Source: a virus (taxonomy: Duplodnaviria; Heunggongvirae; Uroviricota; Caudoviricetes). Taken from it: a stretch of 64,000 nucleotides of DNA. Below, one piece after another: positions 1 to 8,117 of the stretch (within the stretch, counting starts at the first letter, position 1; the number at the start of each line of letters is the position of its first letter). The DNA is taken from IMG/VR virus record IMGVR_UViG_2857349434_000001, positions 1 to 64,000 of that record. One strand, written 5' to 3'. The notes beneath the pieces were generated by a model. The model saw only the letters and a list, made by a program, of their open reading frames with translations. It was not told the DNA's origin and ran no database searches. The translations under genes were made by a program, and so were the position numbers.

Positions 1-46
1 ACTTTTAATCAGTAGGTCTCGGGTTCGAACCCCGACGCGCTCACCA
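1..46 (+). tRNA. tRNA-Lys(TTT), 3' portion only (anticodon loop to CCA); the 5' half lies upstream of the window
   Basis: Read directly: anticodon loop CUUUUAA, variable loop AGGTC, T-arm TCGGG-TTCGAAC-CCCGA, acceptor 3' strand CGCGCTC, discriminator A, CCA at 44-46. Confidence 0.7.
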
Positions 47-110
47 CCTAACTTCTTGAAAAACCTTCGTAATTTCAAATCGTCAAAGAAAAATCAGCAA
101 GCACTGTGTT

Positions 111-1136
111 CTAAAGTGTGTCGGCCTCCATCTGTTCGACGGCCCGGCGAAGGGCCTTCATGTTAAGGTGAGAGTAGCGCTGAGTCATGGACGAGGTCTT
201 GTGGCCCATGAGGTCCTGCGCGGTTTTCTCAGGCGTTCCCGCCTGGATCAGCCAGCTTGCGAAAGTATGCCGCAGGTCGTGGATGTGCAGGTTCGGCATC
301 TCGGCGCGCTTGATGATTTTGTTCCAACGCTTCTGGAAGCTGAACAGCGGCTGGTTCTCCTTCTTGCCCTTGAACACGTAGCCAACACGGTGTGCTTCGA
401 GTGTGTCGGAGAGTGTGTCGAGGGGCGCCTTCGGCAGCGGGATTTCCCTGGGACAACTGTTTTTTGTCCTCTCGCCTCCAAGTTGTATCCGCTTGCGCTT
501 CATATCGATCTCGTCCCAGCGCAGCTGCAGGATCTCTTGGTGGCGCATACCGGTCCAAACACCCAAAATGACGAACAGCTTTTCCTCATAGACCTTGCAC
601 GCGGCAAGCAGCTTCTCGTACTGGTTCCCGCGCCTCACATAGGTGGTGCGCTTGTTCGCGTCTCCGATCTTCCGCTTATCGATGAGCTTCAGCGGGTTGG
701 CGGTGACGCCGCAATCCCAGTCGATGGCGTGTGCCATGAGGGTGCTCAGGAAAGCCAGGTCGCGCCGAAGCTGGACCCTCTTTCCCGTCTGCATCTTGGA
801 TTTGATATAGGTCTTGACCTGCTCTTCATCTAGTAGCCGGATCGCGATGTTCCCAAGCACCTGCACGACGTTGGTTAGGCTCGTCGTGTAGTGGCGCTTG
901 GTCGCCTCGGAGTATGGCTTCGGCCGCGGGTGCTTGAACAGCTTGTCCGTGGCGTCAATAAGCAGCAGATCGTTGGAGCGTAGGAGAGCTGCGTTTAGTT
1001 CTCGCTCAACCCGGTCTGCCTCTTGTTGAGCAGCATCGCGACTTTTGAGGCCAGTTGATTTTCGGATGGTGTTGCCACCGACATGGAGGCGGGCTTGATA
1101 GATTGTTGATCCTTCGCGGAGGTAAATGTCGGCCAT
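111..1136 (-). CDS. int: phage tyrosine integrase
   Basis: C-terminal HDLRHTFAS...GH.....TQRYSHL (R-H-R-Y catalytic signature); N-term MADIYLREGSTIYQARLHVGG..R.STG resembles arm-binding N-domains; track ORF 111..1322 trimmed to Met63; lies next to the tRNA. Confidence 0.85.
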   Translation of the reverse strand: MADIYLREGSTIYQARLHVGGNTIRKSTGLKSRDAAQQEADRVERELNAALLRSNDLLLIDATDKLFKHPRPKPYSEATKRHYTTSLTNVVQVLGNIAIRLLDEEQVKTYIKSKMQTGKRVQLRRDLAFLSTLMAHAIDWDCGVTANPLKLIDKRKIGDANKRTTYVRRGNQYEKLLAACKVYEEKLFVILGVWTGMRHQEILQLRWDEIDMKRKRIQLGGERTKNSCPREIPLPKAPLDTLSDTLEAHRVGYVFKGKKENQPLFSFQKRWNKIIKRAEMPNLHIHDLRHTFASWLIQAGTPEKTAQDLMGHKTSSMTQRYSHLNMKALRRAVEQMEADTL

Positions 1137-1327
1137 TGATGGACCTTTCCCTGTTGTGGAGAAACATCCATCGTGTTCAGCCAAGCGTCGACTTCTGTCA
1201 AGCGGAACCGGAACTGGCGACCAACCCTCTTGGCGCCCGGGATCATACCCCGCGCCGCCCAATAGCGAATAGTCCGATCCGATACAGCCAGCATATCCGC
1301 CAGCTGCTTTGCTGAAACCCAAAGCAC
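995..1327 (-). CDS. AlpA/Xis-like MerR-type HTH protein (excisionase candidate)
   Basis: LADMLAVSDRTIRYWAARGMIPGAKRVGRQFRF..VDAWL fits the AlpA/Xis pattern (SxxTIYR...G.FP.P.K.G.R...W...EV..WL); GTG start inferred; 3' end overlaps int by about 140 nt in another frame. Confidence 0.5.
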   Translation of the reverse strand: MLWVSAKQLADMLAVSDRTIRYWAARGMIPGAKRVGRQFRFRLTEVDAWLNTMDVSPQQGKVHQWPTFTSAKDQQSIKPASMSVATPSENQLASKVAMLLNKRQTGLSEN

Positions 1328-1455
1328 GATAAACCCGCCCTGACGCCTGAAATCTGATGGCTCAGATATGAATGTTGCTGATAGGCAGGCTCTGTACCGG
1401 AATGGGACAAAGGTTCCAAGTGGAAAAATCAACTTATATACAAATTGGTAACATA

Positions 1456-1737
1456 TTAGTGATGCGCTTTATTATACCTCGCTAAAACACGGATGACGTC
1501 GGGGTGAACGGGATAGCCCATCCGCTCCAATAGTTTAACGCCGTCCTTTATGACTTGAAAGGACGGCGTTAAAGCAAACATATCGTCATCGTCGTAATGA
1601 AGATCGAGCTCTGTAGCAAGCTCCAGAAGAAGCTTGCTGATGATCTCTTTGTCAGTCGCTGTTATTTTGTCTTTTTCCGGCATGTCCAGCAATTTCGTCC
1701 ACCCGTTTTCTTTGCGTGCCGTGGGCGGGGAAGCCAA
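1456..1737 (-). CDS. hypothetical protein in a low-GC segment (moron candidate); the true start may be internal
   Basis: 93-aa ORF in a roughly 45% GC stretch; K/E/D/L-rich, unlike the GC-rich antisense artefacts; overlaps the 3' end of the upstream gene and contains the 1535-1572 hairpin. Confidence 0.35.
   Translation of the reverse strand: MASPPTARKENGWTKLLDMPEKDKITATDKEIISKLLLELATELDLHYDDDDMFALTPSFQVIKDGVKLLERMGYPVHPDVIRVLARYNKAHH
1535..1572. other. perfect 15-bp stem / 9-nt loop hairpin (TTAACGCCGTCCTTT...AAAGGACGGCGTTAA)
   Basis: Read directly; no U-tract on either strand, so not a canonical terminator; lies inside the low-GC ORF. Confidence 0.6.
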
Positions 1738-2392
1738 TAATTACCCCCTTCCGCTCGCCGTCAGCACATACGCCACACTGTGTACAACTCACGTCTGTAT
1801 AGGTAGCCGGGCAGACCGCAATCTTTCTACCTTTAGGTGTGGTATTTGCCAAGTCTTTCGTCCGACGCCTGTAGTCGCTTAGGGTTTCGCCCTTTTTTCT
1901 TTGATAATCTGAGTTCAACACCACCGCGACTGGGAGCCCCAGGTCGGCCAGTTCATCAGCCCTCGTTATGCTATCGGCCGAAAGGTTGATGGTGAGACCT
2001 TCGGCGGCTGCTTCCTTAATGATTGCGATGTTTTCAAGGCTAGGTGGCTTGTGCGTAAAGACAATAGCACGCTTTCCGCGGCTAGCCTTAGCAATCTTTA
2101 ATACGCCGTCTCTATCAATTGTGTCCCTTACCCCCGGTAGATCACCAGCCTGGCCATAACGCCAGATTGCACCCCGGTTCAACTTCCTAATGGGTTCAAG
2201 GGCTTTGTCCAGCCCTCCGCCGCGCTCGCCGGCGGTCACCGCGTCCCAGTGGAGCTTCAGAGGACCGGTCATCGCGTAGCAGCCGCCCTTCTTTAACGGG
2301 CAGGCGTCGGGGCAGGTTTCCAGTGAGCTGGTCATCACCGGCATGGGGCCGGTCTTGACGTTCCGGCTGACCAGCGTGGTGTGGTAGTTCAT
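1652..2392 (-). CDS. phage protein with an N-terminal Cys cluster (resembles the GP88 family)
   Basis: MNYHTTLVSRNVKTGPMPVMTSS.ETCPDACPLKKGGCYA plus a C-terminal CTQCGVC; family assignment is from memory only. Confidence 0.45.
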   Translation of the reverse strand: MNYHTTLVSRNVKTGPMPVMTSSLETCPDACPLKKGGCYAMTGPLKLHWDAVTAGERGGGLDKALEPIRKLNRGAIWRYGQAGDLPGVRDTIDRDGVLKIAKASRGKRAIVFTHKPPSLENIAIIKEAAAEGLTINLSADSITRADELADLGLPVAVVLNSDYQRKKGETLSDYRRRTKDLANTTPKGRKIAVCPATYTDVSCTQCGVCADGERKGVIIGFPAHGTQRKRVDEIAGHAGKRQNNSD

Positions 2393-2404
2393 CTTTCCCT
2401 CGCG

Positions 2405-2437
2405 CAAACAAAAAGGGCGCCCCGAAGGACGCCCTTG
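2405..2437 (-). terminator. rho-independent terminator (minus strand)
   Basis: Minus-strand transcript AAGGGCGUCC-UUCG-GGGCGCCCUU followed by UUUGUUUG. Confidence 0.6.
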
Positions 2438-2461
2438 TTCAGTTCCGTTGTTGTGGTCGGC

Positions 2462-2599
2462 TTAGGCCGCTAGAGGGAGCGGCTGCAGGATGCGTAGTTG
2501 GATGTCGGCCGCCTGATAGTTGTCGTGCTGACCGAGGACTCGTCCGTCCGCGTCGGTTACCCACCAGCGGTCCCAGCCCTGCTCAAAGGGCAGCTTCAT
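2462..2599 (-). CDS. small hypothetical protein (45 aa)
   Basis: MKLPFEQGWDRWWVTDADGRVLGQHDNYQAADIQLRILQ..; the tail of a longer Arg-rich track ORF, which was rejected. Confidence 0.25.
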   Translation of the reverse strand: MKLPFEQGWDRWWVTDADGRVLGQHDNYQAADIQLRILQPLPLAA

Positions 2600-2642
2600 G
2601 TTGGCGACATCGGCGCGGGTCAGCACATCGCCGGTCAGTGGC

Positions 2643-2948
2643 TCATAGACTTGAATTTGCAAGGAGGTTCTCCATTTGCTTGCGCTTGCCGGATAAGATC
2701 CGGGCGACAGGCTGGCCTTTGACCAGCAGGACGTCCCCGTGAGCGTCCGGATAGATCTCGATTGGTTTGCAGTTTTGTTCGAGGGCGGTGAGGCCCTCGG
2801 GCGTGATGTTGTCCTTGCCGATCTGGTAGGCGTCGAAGATCCATCCCTTGCGCCACAAAGACGCCGCGGTGTGGTACTCACCACCCTCGGGAAAGACCCG
2901 GTCCCGCAGCAGCGCTCGGATCAGCATGCTCTTCTGTTTCGGGGTCAT
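2643..2948 (-). CDS. hypothetical protein (101 aa)
   Basis: Non-artefact composition; ATGA-coupled to the upstream gene. Confidence 0.55.
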   Translation of the reverse strand: MTPKQKSMLIRALLRDRVFPEGGEYHTAASLWRKGWIFDAYQIGKDNITPEGLTALEQNCKPIEIYPDAHGDVLLVKGQPVARILSGKRKQMENLLANSSL

Positions 2949-3160
2949 GCTGCCTCCGCCTGTTGGGGCGTGACGTTCTCGACTTCCCGGTGGACGATCG
3001 CCTCGCAGTGGTTCTCCAGATCGGCGTGCATGCTGTTGAGGAAGATCTCCTCCGCGACCCCGCTTAAAGTCTCGCCTGGGCCGATTTCATCGGGCTCGAC
3101 GGTGATGGTGAATGTGTGTATGACGGTCTCGACAATCGTCACGTCGTACTTCTTAGACAT
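2945..3160 (-). CDS. hypothetical protein (71 aa, acidic)
   Basis: Start trimmed to Met32 (MSKKYDVTIV..); 4-nt overlap with the downstream gene. Confidence 0.5.
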   Translation of the reverse strand: MSKKYDVTIVETVIHTFTITVEPDEIGPGETLSGVAEEIFLNSMHADLENHCEAIVHREVENVTPQQAEAA

Positions 3161-3170
3161 GGAGTTCCCT

Positions 3171-3398
3171 ATGCCAAAACAGTTTCCAGTGGACCTGACG
3201 GACAAGAGCATGGACGAGCTCGAAGCCATCCATGAGGCCGTGATGCAGGCCAAGCAGGCGAAGGCGATCGAGCACCAGAACGAGCTGATCCGTCAGTACC
3301 AGGAGCTCAAGGTGAAGATGGTGAAGGCTGGGGTGGTGAAGGAGGATCAGCTTCCGAACCTGAAGGTGCGGGGCTGGACAAGGCAGAAGCCAAACTAG
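3171..3398 (+). CDS. hypothetical K/E/Q-rich coiled-coil protein (75 aa)
   Basis: GGAG 7 nt upstream of the ATG; composition is atypical for antisense artefacts in GC-rich DNA; overlaps the 3' end of 3307..3753 on the opposite strand. Confidence 0.45.
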   Translation: MPKQFPVDLTDKSMDELEAIHEAVMQAKQAKAIEHQNELIRQYQELKVKMVKAGVVKEDQLPNLKVRGWTRQKPN

Positions 3399-3753
3399 CC
3401 CTCCACTCTTCCTCGGTGATCCACCGGATCTCCTTGCCGCCAGCTTGTTTCTTGGCGAGGAACAGCGGCACGAAGTCGGGCACCTCGACGTAGGTGCGCT
3501 CGATCACCTCGGGCTCGGCGCCTTGCGGTAATGGCTCCAGGACGGCCCCAGGGGGCGCCACAGGGGCTTCGGGCTGCTCGGCGCTCGCTTCCTTCCTCAG
3601 ACCCATCAGGGCGTTCAGGAAGGCCGCCAGTTCCTCCCGTGACTCGATACGGATGGTAGCGAGCGCGGCCGGTTTCAGGCCAAGCTGACGCCGGTAGGCG
3701 TCAGCGTCGTTCTTCATCGGGAAGAAGGCGCGGTCGGTGTTGTAGACGATCAT
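3307..3753 (-). CDS. hypothetical protein (148 aa) with a Pro/Ser-rich C-terminal tail
   Basis: ATGA-coupled to the upstream gene. Confidence 0.5.
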   Translation of the reverse strand: MIVYNTDRAFFPMKNDADAYRRQLGLKPAALATIRIESREELAAFLNALMGLRKEASAEQPEAPVAPPGAVLEPLPQGAEPEVIERTYVEVPDFVPLFLAKKQAGGKEIRWITEEEWRASLASALSSPAPSGSEADPPSPPQPSPSSP

Positions 3754-4031
3754 GTGCCTGGCTCCCTGAAGAACACGTCGACGATCTCGAAGCCGTTCTC
3801 GTCTTCCTCGACCGTCATGTAGGTGAAGGGCTTGCCCGAGCCCTCGGCGTAGCCCGCCACCGCGGCTGGGTCCGGCTTGATCAGGTTGCTGACGACGTCG
3901 TTGAGCATGAGCTCACCGCGGTCGTACATGCGCTGGGCGATGCGCTGGGCCTGGTCTTCGTCCTCGGCCTCGACGGCGATCTCGATGCCGATCGCGGCCG
4001 AGGCCTCGAAATGCACTCGGAACTGCGCCAT
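3750..4031 (-). CDS. hypothetical acidic protein (93 aa)
   Basis: Start trimmed to Met41 (MAQFRVHFEAS..). Confidence 0.5.
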   Translation of the reverse strand: MAQFRVHFEASAAIGIEIAVEAEDEDQAQRIAQRMYDRGELMLNDVVSNLIKPDPAAVAGYAEGSGKPFTYMTVEEDENGFEIVDVFFREPGT

Positions 4032-4033
4032 GG

Positions 4034-4186
4034 TCAGAACGTGTGCGGCGAGTAGTAGCCGCTGCACAGGCCGAGCTCGTCCATGGCGTTCCCGCAGTTG
4101 CGGGCATAGTCGATGTTGTTGCGGCCTCCGGTGGTGGCACAGCCGGCGCAAAGCAGGGCCATGCCCAAAATGATGAGCTTCTTCAT
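4034..4186 (-). CDS. small lipoprotein (50 aa), absent from the ORF track
   Basis: MKKLIILGMALLCAGCATTGG.. gives a signal peptide plus lipobox L-C-A-G-C; AAGGAA RBS; stop overlaps the start of 3750..4031. Confidence 0.5.
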   Translation of the reverse strand: MKKLIILGMALLCAGCATTGGRNNIDYARNCGNAMDELGLCSGYYSPHTF

Positions 4187-4216
4187 ATCAGGTTCCTTGT
4201 TGGGGGTTGGGGGTGG

Positions 4217-4870
4217 TTAACCGACCTTTTCGAGGTCGTACTTCTCGGCGTAGTGGTCGGCCTTGTCCTTCGGATCGAAGTCCGGGTTGAACCAGATTGC
4301 GAAGAAGTCATCCTTCGCCAGGCCGGCGCCTTCCAGGTCGAGACCGTAGTGGTGGCTGAGGTTCCACTCGAACTGGCGCAGGTACTCGGCCTTTGCCCAG
4401 TCGCTGCCCAGGATCTCGTTGCGGGCCTTCCTCGGGTCCGGGAAGGCTTCTCCCGGCGTCACCGTGTTCACGATTGCCGGAATGATCTCCCAGTCATAGG
4501 CGCCGATCTCGCGGAACCACTCCGGCAGGAGGTCATAGACCTTCAGCACCCACTTGCCGATGTCGATGCTGTAATGGCGCAGCTCGACCGAGCCGACGCC
4601 TATCCGGTACGGGTGCCAGACCGGGTTTGGCTTGTCGGTAGCGACCGTGATCTCGCACAGGTACTCCCAGACGCACAGCGCCGCCTCCATCTCGAGGTGG
4701 CTATAGGCCTCGGGCAGATCCACGGCGATCTCCTGGCGGTAGACGCGAGCGCCGGCCTTGACCAGGTCCTCGGTCTTCGCCCTGGCATCCTTCTCGTCGA
4801 CGGCCAGTTCCCGGACGATGCCCGGCACCTCGTCGTGCTCGCCTTCGATGTAGAAGAGCTCAGCTCTCAT
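4217..4870 (-). CDS. hypothetical protein (217 aa)
   Basis: Start trimmed to Met15; ATGA-coupled to rtcB. Confidence 0.55.
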   Translation of the reverse strand: MRAELFYIEGEHDEVPGIVRELAVDEKDARAKTEDLVKAGARVYRQEIAVDLPEAYSHLEMEAALCVWEYLCEITVATDKPNPVWHPYRIGVGSVELRHYSIDIGKWVLKVYDLLPEWFREIGAYDWEIIPAIVNTVTPGEAFPDPRKARNEILGSDWAKAEYLRQFEWNLSHHYGLDLEGAGLAKDDFFAIWFNPDFDPKDKADHYAEKYDLEKVG

Positions 4871-6246
4871 TTCTTCTTCCTCTGCCAATGCATTTCGCCG
4901 GCCATGATGCAACCGTAGGGGTCGACGTAGTCGACGACCTCGGCCAGCCGGTGCTTATGGATCTGCCGCTGAACCTGCTCGGCGCTTTTGTAGGCGCTGG
5001 GCAGCTCGGACAGGTCCGGGGTGCCCAGGTAGAACCGAGCGTCAAGACCATTGGTCTCGCGCTGCAGGAGCTTGTCCGCGTCGTAGAACATGGTCGCGGT
5101 CTTCATGTACGCCGTCCGGCTCAGGTTCCGGCCGGCGCCGTGGGGCGAGAAGCCCAGGGCTTCGTCCTTGTCGGCGTGCCGGGTGACCATGATCGGCTCG
5201 GCCATGTTCATCGGGATCAGGGTCCGGCCGTCGTCGTCAGGCGAGAAGCCGGCGAAGGATGGTGTGGCGCCCTTGGCGTGGTAGAAGAGGCCGTCGTCGC
5301 GCCGGAACACGAAGTTATGCTCGTTCCAGAACCGATCGACCACGGAGTTGCCGATGCGCTGCTGGATGCGGTCGTGGAGGACGAAGTGGTTCAGCTTCGT
5401 CCACTCGCGGACCAGCTGGAGCGCCTCCCAGTAATCCTGGCCCGCCTCGGTGTCGGCGTCGATCCAGGCGGCCTGGGGGTCGGTCCTGGGCGACACGATC
5501 GCCGTGTGCTTCTTGGCCGCGGCCAGGCCTCGCTTGTAGACGAGCGCGCCGAGGCCACGGGAGCCGTGGTGGGTCACGATCGCCGGCTGGCCGGTCGAGC
5601 GCAGCGTGCCGACGAACAGGAAGTGGTTGCCGTCGCCCTGCGTGCCTAGATTGGTCTCGGCGATGTCACCGTATTTCGTCTGGCGGTCCTGGGTGAAGCG
5701 GTTGTAGTCGAGGTTGGCGCGGAGCGGCATGGGCAAGGCGAAGCCTTGCTTGCGCCCGCCCGGGCCGAAGTGCGTCACCTCCTGGGCGACGTCGAGGATC
5801 TTCTTCAGATCGTCGATGCGCTTGAAGACGGTGATCGCCATCGAGCAGCACACGTCAGCCGAATGGAAACCAGGGTGGATGGCGTTCTTGGTCGCCACCA
5901 CGCCGCCCACCGGGATGATCCCGGCGGGGCAGGCGTCGGGCATGACGACGGCCTTCTCAACGGTCGGCACCCGCACCAGCTTGTCCATGGCCTCGACGAC
6001 CAGGTCGAGGTTCTTCTGCTCGACGTCGTTCTCGGGTTCGAGGAAGACGTTGAACGGGAGGGAGTTGGTACGGAGCGGGATCTCGGGCGGCGCCGGAGGC
6101 AGGAGAGTGCCCACGGTGGCCCGAATGGCATCCTCGTCGCTACCGGACTCCGACATGAGGTTGGCGATCTCGATAGCTTCGCCGAACGACCTTCCTCGGC
6201 CTTTGGGGTCGAAGCCCCAGTCGATCAGCGTCTTGCCGGTGATCAT
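4867..6246 (-). CDS. rtcB: RtcB-family RNA 3'-phosphate ligase
   Basis: Motifs ADVCCSM (cf. DIGCGM), GDGNHF, HHGSRGLG and SPHGAGRN (cf. NHAGAGR); about 459 aa; GAAGGAA RBS. Confidence 0.85.
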   Translation of the reverse strand: MITGKTLIDWGFDPKGRGRSFGEAIEIANLMSESGSDEDAIRATVGTLLPPAPPEIPLRTNSLPFNVFLEPENDVEQKNLDLVVEAMDKLVRVPTVEKAVVMPDACPAGIIPVGGVVATKNAIHPGFHSADVCCSMAITVFKRIDDLKKILDVAQEVTHFGPGGRKQGFALPMPLRANLDYNRFTQDRQTKYGDIAETNLGTQGDGNHFLFVGTLRSTGQPAIVTHHGSRGLGALVYKRGLAAAKKHTAIVSPRTDPQAAWIDADTEAGQDYWEALQLVREWTKLNHFVLHDRIQQRIGNSVVDRFWNEHNFVFRRDDGLFYHAKGATPSFAGFSPDDDGRTLIPMNMAEPIMVTRHADKDEALGFSPHGAGRNLSRTAYMKTATMFYDADKLLQRETNGLDARFYLGTPDLSELPSAYKSAEQVQRQIHKHRLAEVVDYVDPYGCIMAGEMHWQRKKK

Positions 6247-6431
6247 GATGTGCGGTTCCTTCGGTGTTGGATATGGCGCTCGGCGCCCTCGGCGGATTTC
6301 AGCGCGCGCCGGACCTTCTGGGTGGCCTTGGTGGCTCCGCAGCGCTTGAGGAGCCTGCGGGCCTCGCGGAGGTGCTCCAGGGCCCGCAGCACATCCAGGG
6401 CGTCGTGGGCGGTGGCAGGTTTCAGGGCCAT
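6243..6431 (-). CDS. small helical hypothetical protein (62 aa)
   Basis: Trimmed to Met8; ATGA-coupled to rtcB. Confidence 0.4.
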   Translation of the reverse strand: MALKPATAHDALDVLRALEHLREARRLLKRCGATKATQKVRRALKSAEGAERHIQHRRNRTS

Positions 6432-6646
6432 GATGCGCTCGCGTGGTTGCATTCGCCGGGCTCAGGGTACTGGGGAGGGTCGGGCTCGGTGCCCACCAGG
6501 TGGTAACCCTCCGGGATGTCCGGCTCGTACAGCTCGGCGGTGTCGGTCCATCGTCTGGAGACAGGACCAGGCCGTGTGCGCGCGGCGACCTGGATCCAAA
6601 TGCCGTCCGCGTTCGGCTGGTCGTTAGGAACGATCTTCAGGCGCAT
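6422..6646 (-). CDS. hypothetical protein (74 aa)
   Basis: AGGAGGA RBS 6 nt upstream of the ATG; high GC3. Confidence 0.5.
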   Translation of the reverse strand: MRLKIVPNDQPNADGIWIQVAARTRPGPVSRRWTDTAELYEPDIPEGYHLVGTEPDPPQYPEPGECNHASASWP

Positions 6647-6902
6647 TAGGCTCGTCCTCCTCGGCCAGTTCGACGTTCTCGCTCCACAGGCTGTCGATGG
6701 TCATCGCCGGCGATAAACTGACGTCGGGGAGGTCCTCGTCGTCGTAGCGCTTGCCGGAGATCGGGAGCTCGGCGTATTCGTCCTCGCGCAGCTCGATGCC
6801 GTCGCCGACGAGCTCCTTGGCCTTGGCCAGAGCAGCTTCCTCCGTCTCGGCCTTGATGTAGGCCGTGGCGCAAATCTTCAGCTCGATCGAATAGAGGTTC
6901 AT
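6624..6902 (-). CDS. hypothetical acidic protein (92 aa)
   Basis: Trimmed to Met53; GGAGGAGAA RBS. Confidence 0.5.
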   Translation of the reverse strand: MNLYSIELKICATAYIKAETEEAALAKAKELVGDGIELREDEYAELPISGKRYDDEDLPDVSLSPAMTIDSLWSENVELAEEDEPNAPEDRS

Positions 6903-7309
6903 TTCTCCTCCGGCTCTGAGCGAGTGAGCAGCAGGGTGACGGCGCGGGTCAGGAACTCGCAGTCGGCCACCTTCAGTTTCTTGCCGGTCGTGCGCTCCAT
7001 CAGCGCCTCGATCGTGTTGACGATCTCGACCCGGCGCCAATCGCGATTGTGAAACCACGGCTTGATCTGGTCAGCCGGCAGTTCGTCGGCGTCTTCGGGG
7101 ATAAGCTGGCCCTCCAGCCACATGCTGCCGCTGTCGTCCAGGAACACGTTCTGGCCAGCGATCTGACGGGTCTCGGACCCATCCCAATTCACGTCGGTGC
7201 CGTTGCCGTCGAAGTCCCAGGTCCCGTCCTTATCCCAGACGATGCCACATGAGCATGCGAGGATGTCCTCGACGGTGGCGACGATTTCTGATCCGTCAGG
7301 CGCTTTCAT
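6899..7309 (-). CDS. hypothetical protein (136 aa)
   Basis: Coupled overlaps on both sides. Confidence 0.55.
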   Translation of the reverse strand: MKAPDGSEIVATVEDILACSCGIVWDKDGTWDFDGNGTDVNWDGSETRQIAGQNVFLDDSGSMWLEGQLIPEDADELPADQIKPWFHNRDWRRVEIVNTIEALMERTTGKKLKVADCEFLTRAVTLLLTRSEPEEK

Positions 7310-7572
7310 TCGACAACCCTCACGTATTCGGCGTTGGCAAGGTGATCGGCGTAGGCACGGGCCTCCTTGGCCTGCAGCTCGAACTGCTCGGCGAGGCGGC
7401 GGGCGCCGTCGCCGTGCGGGGTGAGGTCGACATGCAGGGTGCCGTCCACCGAGTGGTCAGGCTTCGGCTTGTAGTCGACCAGTTTGCGGAACTCCTTGGC
7501 GTGATCCAGGAAGCGCTCCGCGGCGACCTGGCAGATGTTGGTCAGGGTGCTGGGGTCGATGCGCATGGTCAT
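7306..7572 (-). CDS. hypothetical protein (88 aa)
   Basis: ATGA coupling. Confidence 0.5.
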   Translation of the reverse strand: MTMRIDPSTLTNICQVAAERFLDHAKEFRKLVDYKPKPDHSVDGTLHVDLTPHGDGARRLAEQFELQAKEARAYADHLANAEYVRVVE

Positions 7573-7805
7573 GGTTCCTCCACGTAGCTGGTGACGATGT
7601 GGCCCTCATAAGTCCAATCGCCGTAGCCTGTGATGTTGGGGTCGACATCGATCTTGATCGCGTTCGCGAGGTCGATGTTCGGACGGGTCTGCAGCCAGGC
7701 TGAGATGGCTTGTTCCACCTCGTTGCGCGACAGAAAGATCTCGGTCTTGACAACCTTCTTCTTGACCGTGACGGAGATCTCGGTGTGTTCCCGGGAGAGC
7801 TCCAT
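7569..7805 (-). CDS. hypothetical protein (78 aa)
   Basis: ATGA coupling. Confidence 0.5.
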   Translation of the reverse strand: MELSREHTEISVTVKKKVVKTEIFLSRNEVEQAISAWLQTRPNIDLANAIKIDVDPNITGYGDWTYEGHIVTSYVEEP

Positions 7806-8116
7806 CAGGCGTCCTCCATCTCCACGAGAGCGTTGGTGAGCTCGTTGTCGGAATGGTCCGAGATCACGTCCTCGTCGTTGCCGTGGATCAGCAGCACGGA
7901 GCCGATCTTGGTCTTGTCGTCCGCGCGCCGGAACACCAGTTCGGTGCTGTCGGTGGCGGCGATCTCGGCGGTGATCGCGTCGAAGTCGTTGGACCTGACG
8001 ATCGCGTAGTCCTCGCCGTCGTAGACGGAGACGACATAGCCCAGGTTGAGCGCCTTCCTGACCAGCCGCTTGATGATCTTGGCCTCGGTCGGCCGGACGT
8101 AGCTGGGGAGTGACAT
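7805..8116 (-). CDS. hypothetical protein (103 aa)
   Basis: Trimmed to Met39; GAGGAG RBS. Confidence 0.5.
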   Translation of the reverse strand: MSLPSYVRPTEAKIIKRLVRKALNLGYVVSVYDGEDYAIVRSNDFDAITAEIAATDSTELVFRRADDKTKIGSVLLIHGNDEDVISDHSDNELTNALVEMEDA

Positions 8117-8117
8117 T

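Noticed and set aside
1535-1572. Perfect hairpin as a rho-independent terminator of the GP88-like gene
   Set aside because: No U-tract on either strand. It also lies inside a plausible low-GC coding frame. It is kept only as an unexplained structured element.
4043-6627. Long plus-strand ORFs (4043..4918, 4888..5649, 5746..6627 and others) antisense to rtcB and its neighbours
   Set aside because: Arg/Ala/Gly/Val-rich translations typical of antisense shadow frames in high-GC DNA. The minus-strand genes carry recognisable motifs (RtcB) and coupled starts.
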